Source of the DNA: Candidatus Eiseniibacteriota bacterium
Lineage (GTDB): Bacteria > Eisenbacteria > RBG-16-71-46
Length of the DNA: 64,000 nucleotides
Direction: 5' to 3'
Assembly: GCA_963725865.1 (NCBI GenBank)
Contig: CAVSAC010000019.1
Coordinates: 96,001 to 160,000 of the forward strand
Position 1 is the stretch's first letter. Each line of letters begins with the position of its first letter. Position numbers and translations under genes: made by a program. The notes beneath the pieces were generated by a model. The model worked only from the letters and a program-made list of their open reading frames with translations. It was not told the DNA's origin and ran no database searches. Shown piece after piece: positions 56,325 through 64,000 of the stretch.

Positions 56325-58093
56325 CTAGCGCCAGACCACCACGCGCGCCTCGCGGACCTCGCGCGCGGTCGTCAGGCGCGCGAAGTACACGCTCTGCCCC
56401 AGCGCCGCGGTCCCCGGCAGCAGTACGTCGCGCTCGCCCTGTGACCCCGCGGGCAGGCGCAGGTCCGCCGCGCGCCGTCCGCCGAGATCGAACAGCTCCA
56501 GGCGACCCGCGCCGCCGGCCAGCCCGATGCGCGCATGCACGCCTTCGCCCGGCACGTAACGCAGCGCGTGCAGCGCCACGGGCGCGATCGCGGGGGGCGT
56601 CTCGACCAGTTCCGCGGCGGCGCTGAACCGGCGCGCGAACAGGCCGGTGCGTTCGTAGACCTGCGACCAGAAGTACACCGCGCCGCCGTCGCCGGTCGGC
56701 GCCAGCGCCATGTCGCCGAACCAGGTGCCCGCCGGCGTCTCGTGGTTCTCCGCGAACGACCAGCCCCCCATCGCCTGCCCGCCGAGGAATGCCGCCCAAC
56801 AGCACTGGAACCCGCCGTGATACGGGGACGTGTAGGTGATGATCTCGGCCGCGGCGAGGCGGCCGGGAGCGATCTGCACGACCTTGTGACCAGGCGCGTA
56901 GGCGTTCAGCCATCCGCTCGCCCCTTCGCCGGTCGGACCGAAGCGGGTGTACGTTCATCGTGAATCCGTCCCTCGGTGTAGTTCTGCTGATTGCCGACGA
57001 TCGCGCCGTCGAGGCCGTCGGAGAACACGCGGAACGAGCCGCTCGCTCCGATGTCCGCGATCCAGTACATGTCCGCGGCCTCGACCCCGCCCGCGGGCCA
57101 GTCGAGTGCCGGCGCGCTGTCGGAGCGGTAACGTCGCAGCAGCGAGTAGCCGCTCTCCAGGTCGGGCGACAGCTCCACGCTGAGCGCGAACATCCCGCCG
57201 CGGCCATCGGGCGCGATCCCGAACAGGCTGCGCTCCGTCAGGTCCCAATCGAACGGGAGCGGCTGCCATGCGGTCTGCGCCAGCACCATCCCGCCCGTCG
57301 GCCACTCGGGTGACGCCGCGCCGGCCGGTGAGAATCGCTGCACCAGGAAGTCGGCCGCCATGTTCGCGTAGGCGCTGTCGATGTTCCACGAGGCCCACGC
57401 CAGGTAGATGCCACCGTCGCCGGCGAGCGCCAACTGCGGCCACGATTCCCATGTCTGGCGTGCTCCCGCGGGCACGAGGGACGTCACCGAATCGGGCCAA
57501 CCTCCCGCCGACGTGTTCGCCGCACCCAGATGGATGCCCGAGACGTGCATCAGGTCGGGCATCACGCCGGTCGCGACCCACACCGCGTAGACGCCGCCCG
57601 ACCCGTCCTCGATCACGCTCGGGAGCGGACTCCAACGCCACAGCGACCCGAGCGCGCGTCCGCGGGCCGGCCACCCCGGCGCGACGACGCCCTCCGAGTC
57701 GATCCGAGTGACGAAGAGTGTGAGCGTCCCGTACGGCAGCGTTCCCTCGACCCACCAGGCGTAGAAGCCGCCCAGTTGGTCGGGCAGCAAGCCCAGCGAC
57801 TGGCGCTCGATGACGCTGTCGCAGACCACGACCCCGGCCGCGGGCCACGCGGGATCGACGTCGCCGGTCGGAAGTAGGTGCTGCGCGCGCAGCGGTCCGG
57901 CGTAGCCGCCCGACTGCTCGTGCCACGCGACGAACGTGCCGCGGTCGCCATCGGAGCAGGCCTCGACCGGCGCGAGCACTCGGTTGGTCGAGAGCAACTG
58001 GACGCCGCCGGGCACCCAGCCGGCATCCGCGTGAAGCGCGCTCGCCGACGAGCACGCGACGACGTACGCCAGGGCGGCGAAGGTACGACGCAT
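56325..58093 (-). CDS. Paralog of the previous protein; frameshift near 56955-56975
   Basis: Collinear with the 54401 protein (ACSDG, LRAQHLL.TGDVDPAWP, LPD..GG.Y.WW, PSVIEDG, WPQLALA). Resumes as YTRFGPTG in another frame and ends VYFARL..ARVVVWR. Confidence 0.78.
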
Positions 58094-58287
58094 CGCGGCC
58101 ACATGAGCCTCCAGGAAGATGCTCGCCGGAGGAGCCGGACGTCCCGGGGGGACGCGCTCGATGGTACGCCCGGCGGGGTACCTCCGGGAAGCGCGGCCCA
58201 CGGAGGACGTACGGCCGGCGGCGAACCGCGCGACATCGCGCCGCCGACTCCGGCGCCCGCGCGCGGACGCGCGCGGCCGGGCGTTGC

Positions 58288-61200
58288 TCAGCGGCCGTTG
58301 CCGGTGGCGACGAACGCACCCCAGTAGAACGGGTGCGTGCTCTCGCCCTTCGCGCGCCGCTCCGCGAGGACCGCGCGCGACGCGGCGCGCACGGCGTCCG
58401 GAGTCGCGAGCCCTTCCACCCAGCGCGCGCGGTAGGCGCGCTCCATCCAGTCGCGCGTCGCCCGGTCGTCGACGTCCCAGAGGCTGGCGATCACCGTGCG
58501 GGCGCCGGCGAGGTGGAACGCCCGCACCAGCCCCTGCAGGGTCTCGCGCCCCCGCGCGTCGCCCGCGCCGCTCGCGCACGCCGAGAGCACGGCCCACTCC
58601 ACTCCCGCGAGATCGAGCGTGAGCACCTCCTCGTCGGTGAGCCAGCCGTCCTCCGGCGCGGTGGAGTCCGGATGCGCGGCGCCGGCGAGCGCCAGCGCCG
58701 AGAGATCGTCGTGCTCCTCGGCGCTGGCGGGGCCGCTCCCGACGTGCACGCCTCCCACGCCGCGCGCGCCGCGCTCGATGCGAACGCTGCGCCCGGCGAG
58801 CGAGACCCCGTGGGTGGCGAGGTGGAGCACGCGCCGTCCCGGCGCGCCGGCCTTGAACTCCTCCTCGCTCGCCTGCGCGCCGACCAGCACGCGCGCTTCA
58901 TGGTCGGTTCCGGGCGCGAGCTGCCACGCCGCGGCCACCGCTCGGGCCTCCCCCGCGCTGGCGGGCAGCGGCGCCAGCTGCAACGAGTCGGCGCCGCGAA
59001 GGCGCGAGTGCCAGCTCTCGTCGGCGAGGGCGAGCGGCCCCGACCCGGGCTCCGCGAGCGCGCCGCGGTCGTAGGCCGGATCCGCGAGCGCGAGCAGGCC
59101 GTGGCCCCCGCTCGGCGCCTCGCCGTCGTGGACCAGGTCGCGCTCCGCCGAGAGCATGACCAGCGTCGGCCCCGTTTCCACCAGCCACGCGTCCGCGCCG
59201 ACCGGCAGCGCGGCCAGATCGATCGCGGCCAGCGCGCCATCGGGGACCACGTACACGCGGCCCGCGCCGGCGAGCCGGCGTGCGATCGGATCCCAGACGC
59301 GCTCGCGCAGCGCGGCGCCGAGCTCGCGGTAGCGCCGCCAGCCGACTCGATCGGTCGCGGCCACCGGATGCGAGGTGCGCTCGATCCAGCGCGCCACCAG
59401 GTCCTCGAGCCCGGCGGCGTCTCCGAGCGGCACCACGTCGGTCACGTCGCTCCCCGGCGCGCGCACCAGCGCGACGTAGCGCTGCTCGCTCGCCCGGCCG
59501 AGCCCCGAGTCGGCGGCCACCGGGATCCGCCGGTGCTGGTAGCGCACGAAGCTCACCAGCGCGGCCCCCTCGGGCAGGGCGGCGATGGCGTCGGCGATGC
59601 CCGCGTCACGAGCCGGACGCCGCTGGCGGTAGGCGGCGCTCACCTCGCCGAGCGCGCGCTCGGCGGCGTCCCGCCGGCGGCGCGCGGCCGTCAGCAACGC
59701 GAGCAGCGAGTCGCTGCGGCCGCCGGCCAGCGTGCCTGCCGCGAGACGGCTGAGCGAGTCGCGGGCCGCGGCCAGTTCCGCCTGCCGGCGCGCGACGTCG
59801 GGATCGTCGCTGCGGGCCGACCAGCGCTGGTCGGCGCGCTCCGCCGCCACCGCCAGACGCCCGCGCGCGACCGCGTCCCAGGCCGCCCGGCGCTCGGGCA
59901 GCGTCAGCCCGCTGGGATCGGCCGCCAGCGTGAGCACCACGTCGAGGCCGCGCGCCATCTCGCCTTCGAACGACAGCGCCTCGCGGTCCGAGAGCCCGCC
60001 GATCGCCTCCTGCAGGATCGAGCGCGACGTCGCCTCGACCTCGAATCCGAGCGCCAGCGCACGCGCGTGCTCGCCGAGGTCGTAGAGGCTCCCGGCCCAG
60101 TCCGCCTTGCGTTCCAGGGTCAGCGCCGAGCGCGGCCCGAGCGCGCTGTCGTAGACGGCGACCACGTGACGCACGAGCGATTCGGCGATCGCGGCGTGTC
60201 CGAGCCGCCGGTGGGTCTCGGCGAGCACGTCTTCGGTCCTCAGCTGCCAGCGCAGACCGCGCCGCGCCTGTCCCGCCCACAGTGGCTGCACGGCCGCGAG
60301 GGCGAGCTGCGGATGCCCGCGCTCGCTCTCCATGAGCGCGAGGCGCACCCGCTTGTTCGCGCTCACCACGTCGCCCGGTTCGCTGAGCGCCTCGCGCACC
60401 GCGAGCGCTTCGCGGACACGCGCGATCGCGTCGTCGAGCCGATGGAGGTCGTAGTCGATCTCGCCGCTGATGCTCAGGATGCTGACCATGTAGAGGTGGG
60501 GCTCGTGGAACGCCCTCCGACCGATCTCGACGGCGAGCTCCGCCTGTCGATGAGCCTCGGCGAGGTCGCCGATGAACGCGATGAGGTCCGCGGCGCGGGC
60601 GTGGGCCAGCGCGGTGTTGCCATCGCTCATGCCGAAGGCCGAGTCGGCGAATGCCACGTTGCGATCGGCGTATCGCCGCCCGAGCGCCCAGTCACCGGTG
60701 TTGGTGCAGGTCTGGACCAGCCCATCCAACGTCGAGCTCAGGTCGATGGCTTCGATGTCCGGTTCGCGCTCGACGATCGCGAGGATGTGCTGATAGAGCG
60801 GCAGGGCGCTCCGCGGGTCGTTGCGCGAGACGGCGGCGGAGGCGATTCCATACAGGATCGGGACGCTCTCGGGATGATCGGGGCCGAATTGGCGGTCGCA
60901 GATCGCGAGCGCGGCGCGGTAGTGCTCCTCGGCGGCGCGCGGGTCCTCGCTCATGAGTCCCAGCCGCCCCAGCAGTGCCTCGGTCGCGGCGATCTCAAAC
61001 GAGTCGCGGGGAGCATGGACCCGCAGCAGGCGTACGGCCTCCGCGGCCTGCGCGCGGGCGGCGGAGACATGCGTGCGCGCGCCGAGCACTGCGCCGGAGC
61101 GTCCCAGGGTGTGCGCGAGCGCCACCGAGTCCCCGAGCGCGCGCCGCAGCGCCACCGCGCGCGCCGCCAGCGACTCGGCCGCGGCCGGCAGCGTCGGCAC

Positions 61201-61464
61201 CGGCTGCGAGAGCGTGGTCAGCACCGCGTCGAGCGCGTCGGCCACGCGCGGGCTGGACGGACCGTACGCGCGCTCGAGCCCCGGGAGCGCCGCGCGGGCC
61301 AGGCTCTCGGCCGCCGCGAAGTGCCGCGCCCGGCTCATCGCCTGCGCGCGCCGCAGCAGCGAGTCGGGCGACGACGCATCCGGCGCGGCGCGCGCGGGCC
61401 ACGGCGCGGCGCACAGCGCCAGGACGATCGCGCCGGCACGCAGGGCGGCGCGCCCACCGCTCAC
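58288..61464 (-). CDS. TPR + CHAT (clan CD, caspase-like) protease with predicted signal peptide
   Basis: GTG 61464 overlaps the kinase stop; AIVLALCAAPWPARA; TPRs (GPDHPE); VPDGAL, LAPLPASAGEA, LHLATHG (His), VLSACASG (Cys), SLWDVDD, HPFYWGAF. Confidence 0.88.
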   Translation of the reverse strand: MSGGRAALRAGAIVLALCAAPWPARAAPDASSPDSLLRRAQAMSRARHFAAAESLARAALPGLERAYGPSSPRVADALDAVLTTLSQPVPTLPAAAESLAARAVALRRALGDSVALAHTLGRSGAVLGARTHVSAARAQAAEAVRLLRVHAPRDSFEIAATEALLGRLGLMSEDPRAAEEHYRAALAICDRQFGPDHPESVPILYGIASAAVSRNDPRSALPLYQHILAIVEREPDIEAIDLSSTLDGLVQTCTNTGDWALGRRYADRNVAFADSAFGMSDGNTALAHARAADLIAFIGDLAEAHRQAELAVEIGRRAFHEPHLYMVSILSISGEIDYDLHRLDDAIARVREALAVREALSEPGDVVSANKRVRLALMESERGHPQLALAAVQPLWAGQARRGLRWQLRTEDVLAETHRRLGHAAIAESLVRHVVAVYDSALGPRSALTLERKADWAGSLYDLGEHARALALGFEVEATSRSILQEAIGGLSDREALSFEGEMARGLDVVLTLAADPSGLTLPERRAAWDAVARGRLAVAAERADQRWSARSDDPDVARRQAELAAARDSLSRLAAGTLAGGRSDSLLALLTAARRRRDAAERALGEVSAAYRQRRPARDAGIADAIAALPEGAALVSFVRYQHRRIPVAADSGLGRASEQRYVALVRAPGSDVTDVVPLGDAAGLEDLVARWIERTSHPVAATDRVGWRRYRELGAALRERVWDPIARRLAGAGRVYVVPDGALAAIDLAALPVGADAWLVETGPTLVMLSAERDLVHDGEAPSGGHGLLALADPAYDRGALAEPGSGPLALADESWHSRLRGADSLQLAPLPASAGEARAVAAAWQLAPGTDHEARVLVGAQASEEEFKAGAPGRRVLHLATHGVSLAGRSVRIERGARGVGGVHVGSGPASAEEHDDLSALALAGAAHPDSTAPEDGWLTDEEVLTLDLAGVEWAVLSACASGAGDARGRETLQGLVRAFHLAGARTVIASLWDVDDRATRDWMERAYRARWVEGLATPDAVRAASRAVLAERRAKGESTHPFYWGAFVATGNGR

Positions 61465-63230
61465 CGCGGGTTCTCCAGCACCAGCAGCCGGACCCACATG
61501 CGCTCGCGCGGGGCGCCCTCGAGCGCGCGCCGGACCGCGGCGAGCCGTCCGGCATCCTCGGCCGCGGGCGCCGCCCGCCGAGCGATGCCGCCGACATGAC
61601 GCAGCTGGCCGAGCGCGTCGTCGCCGAGCGGCGCGTACTGCACCTCGGCATCCGCGCGGGCGGCGCGGAGCCGCGCCACCGCGCGCTCGATCGCGGCTTC
61701 GGGCTTGGTGCTCGCCACGATCAGGAAGCGCTCGTGCGCGCCGGCCGAGGTGACCTCCCAGTCGAGCTCCTGCCCACCGTCGCGTCCGGGCAGCCGGTGG
61801 CGCACGCCGGCGGCGAGCGGATCGCGCGCGCCGCGGCCCGCGAGCGGGAACAGGACGAACACGTTCCCGGTCTCGTCCTCCTCCAGCACGTAGGCGTACA
61901 CCGCGGCGCGCGGCGTGAGTTCGAGGAAGAGCCGGTCGCCCGGGCTCACGCGGTCGCCGTCGCGCAGCACCTCGCTGCCGCGCTCGCCCACGCGACACAG
62001 GGCCGCGTCGACCTCGAGCGGGCGCGTCTCCGCGAGCGGAACCGCCGGCGTCGTCGCGCCACCCGCGGACACGCGCACGGCGGCGGGCGGCGACGCCACG
62101 GGCGCCGGCACCGCGGCTGCCGGCGGGCGCCGGAGGGCCAGCGCCCACAGCGCCGTGGCGATCGCGGCCAGCACCAGCGCCGCGATCCCCGCGAGCGCGG
62201 CCGAGCGCGGGCGGGCTCCGCGCGCGGGCCGGTCCGCGGGCGCCGGCGTCACCACCTCGCTGAGCGCGCGCTCCAGCGCGGCGGCACTCGGCCAGCGCGA
62301 TGCGGGCTCGTGCTCGAGGGCGCGCTCCACCGCGTCCACGAACGAGCGCGGCAGGTCGGGGCGGACGTCGCGCAGTCGCGCGCGCTCGCCGCGCGCGTGG
62401 CGCGCGCGCAGTTCATCGAGCGTGGTGGCCTCGAAGGGATGGCGCTGGGTGGTGAGGCGGAACAACAGCGCGCCCAGCGCGTAGAGGTCCGAGGCCGGCG
62501 TGGCCGCGTCGCCCTCGAGCAACTCGGGCGCGGCCGCCAGCGGCGTGCCGAGCAGGCCGGCGCGCGCGCCATCGTGGGCCGCGCCGAAGTCCATGAGCAC
62601 GATGCGGCCCGATGCCCCCACCTCGCCCGAGGCCGCGCCCACCCGCATGACGTTGCTGGCCTTGACGTCGCCATGCACCAGGCCGGCGGCGTGCACCGCC
62701 GCCAGCGCCGCGCACAGGTCGAGTCCCACCACCGCGGCCTCGCGCGCGCCCAGCGGCCCCTGCGCAGCCAGCGTCTGCTCGAGCGTGCGGCCGTCGAGCA
62801 GCTCGGTCCACAGCCCGGCGCGCTCGTCATGGACGTCGGCGCCGTACACGCTCAGCACGTTGGGATGGCGCACGCGCGCCAGGCGCCGTGCCTCCTCGAG
62901 CCAGGCCAGCGAGCCGTTCGCCCCCGCCTCGGTGCGCCTCAGCTTGAGCGCCACCTCGCGCTGCAGCGCGGGGTCCCACGCCGCGAAGACCTCGCCGAAG
63001 CTGCCCGCGCCGAGCCGGCGCAGGACGCGCAACGGACCCCAAGCGAACAGCGCGCCGTCCGCCACCGCCGGCGGCGCCTCGACCGCGAGCTGCGCCAGGT
63101 CGCGCAGGCGCGCCAGCGGGCCCTCCATGCCGGGCGAGTCCTCGAGCGCGCCCTCCCAGTCCACCGCGCGGCCGTCCCCGACCGCGAGCGCGACATCGAG
63201 CAGGCGTTCGCGCGGGTCAGCGGTACTCAT
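61461..63230 (-). CDS. Hanks-type Ser/Thr kinase with TM helix and DUF4384-like extracytoplasmic domain
   Basis: GAGSFGEV, VALK, HPNV, HGDVKASNV, DFG, APE, SDLYALG; TM; GDRVSPGDRLFLE..YAYVLEED.TG..FVLFP..LPG. Confidence 0.88.
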   Translation of the reverse strand: MSTADPRERLLDVALAVGDGRAVDWEGALEDSPGMEGPLARLRDLAQLAVEAPPAVADGALFAWGPLRVLRRLGAGSFGEVFAAWDPALQREVALKLRRTEAGANGSLAWLEEARRLARVRHPNVLSVYGADVHDERAGLWTELLDGRTLEQTLAAQGPLGAREAAVVGLDLCAALAAVHAAGLVHGDVKASNVMRVGAASGEVGASGRIVLMDFGAAHDGARAGLLGTPLAAAPELLEGDAATPASDLYALGALLFRLTTQRHPFEATTLDELRARHARGERARLRDVRPDLPRSFVDAVERALEHEPASRWPSAAALERALSEVVTPAPADRPARGARPRSAALAGIAALVLAAIATALWALALRRPPAAAVPAPVASPPAAVRVSAGGATTPAVPLAETRPLEVDAALCRVGERGSEVLRDGDRVSPGDRLFLELTPRAAVYAYVLEEDETGNVFVLFPLAGRGARDPLAAGVRHRLPGRDGGQELDWEVTSAGAHERFLIVASTKPEAAIERAVARLRAARADAEVQYAPLGDDALGQLRHVGGIARRAAPAAEDAGRLAAVRRALEGAPRERMWVRLLVLENPR

Positions 63231-63813
63231 CCATCATCTCCGCCAGCCGCACCAGCGCGCGCCCCACCGTCATGCGCGCAGCGTCGGCACTCGCCAGGCC
63301 CAGTGCCTCCGCGACCTGCCGGTAGTCGAATCCCATCTCGAGTCGCAGGATCGTCGCCTCGCGCTGCTGCTCCACCAGCTCCGCCAGCGCGGCCTCGTAG
63401 CGCTCCAGGGTCTCGCGGCCGAGCGCGCGCTCGAGCGTGGAGGGCCCCGGGTCCGGGATCTCCTCGGCGAGCGGCGCCGGCGCGTGCCGGCGCGCCGCAC
63501 GCCGGATCTCGTCGCGCACGACGTTCATGAGGATCTGGCGCAGGTACGCAAGGAAGGCGCCCTCTCCGCGGTGCTGGAACGAGTCGAGGCGCGCCAGCGA
63601 GCGCATGAGCGTGACCTGCACCAGGTCGTCGGTCTCGTGCAGGTCGCGCGCCGAGGCCGGCAGGCGGCAGTGGGCCCAGCGCCGGAGGATCGGCATGTAG
63701 CGCGCGAACAGGCGATCGCGCGCGCCCTCGTCGCCGCCGCGCGCGCGGTCGAGCAGCGCTCGGGTGGATTCGAGCGCGGACGGACCGGCGAGTGGCGCAG
63801 CGGAAGGGTCCAT
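63217..63813 (-). CDS. ECF sigma factor of the kinase-associated type
   Basis: STRALLDRARGGDEGARDRLFARY, ETDDLVQ, FLAYLRQILMN..RDEIRR, YRQVAEALG..ARM..RAL; overlaps the kinase start. Start uncertain (63813 or up to 63951). Confidence 0.88.
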   Translation of the reverse strand: MDPSAAPLAGPSALESTRALLDRARGGDEGARDRLFARYMPILRRWAHCRLPASARDLHETDDLVQVTLMRSLARLDSFQHRGEGAFLAYLRQILMNVVRDEIRRAARRHAPAPLAEEIPDPGPSTLERALGRETLERYEAALAELVEQQREATILRLEMGFDYRQVAEALGLASADAARMTVGRALVRLAEMMDEYR

Positions 63814-64000
63814 GAGGGCCGTCGCAGGGTGGACGGAAGGGAAGACCCATCGATTGAAGCCGCTGCGCTCGGGCGGCGTCAAGGACAACTCCACCCTCCG
63901 ACGCTCCTGGCGGTGCGGGATGGCAGCCTCGGAAATCGGCCGCCGGGCCACGGCGGCCCCGGCCGCTCGTCCACGCCGGCACTCGCCGCTGCCTTCGGCG

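Noticed and set aside
58288..61464. CHAT protease as part of a type III-E CRISPR or gasdermin defence locus
   Set aside because: No cas, gasdermin or array in the window; the protein appears exported and is coupled to a kinase and ECF.

Overview
Very GC-rich (visually >70%) chromosomal segment of a diderm bacterium. Gene content and protein tails (FlgD-Ig/T9SS-CTD-like C-termini, 'TWGxxKxLYR' tails, PorX-like RR-PglZ next to tsaE) suggest an FCB-related lineage such as Candidatus Eisenbacteria; this is inference only. Housekeeping content: porX-like/tsaE/tsaB-rimI/accD/folC/LptD-OstA-like; ffh/rpsP/TPR/serS/histidine kinase; tgt/yajC/def/fmt/rsmB/PASTA/rpe. There is a large acyl-CoA metabolism region: acpS, biotin carboxylase and BCCP, a methylmalonyl-CoA mutase large subunit, mce, thiolase, hbd, three acyl-CoA dehydrogenases, an isobutyryl-CoA-mutase-type large subunit and a B12-binding subunit. 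Also present are a TonB-dependent receptor and an ECF/anti-sigma/Spy-CpxP operon. The most interesting locus is at the right end: ECF sigma, membrane Ser/Thr kinase with a DUF4384-like exterior domain, exported TPR-CHAT protease, then two paralogous secreted repeat proteins. Other highlights are a shared C-terminal TWGxxKxLYR motif on two unrelated secreted proteins, a 149-bp palindromic element read through in-frame in the LptD/OstA-like gene, and recurring TTGAC-N18-TAC promoters. Several genes carry small indels, probably long-read errors. No rRNA, tRNA, CRISPR array or transposase was recognised.
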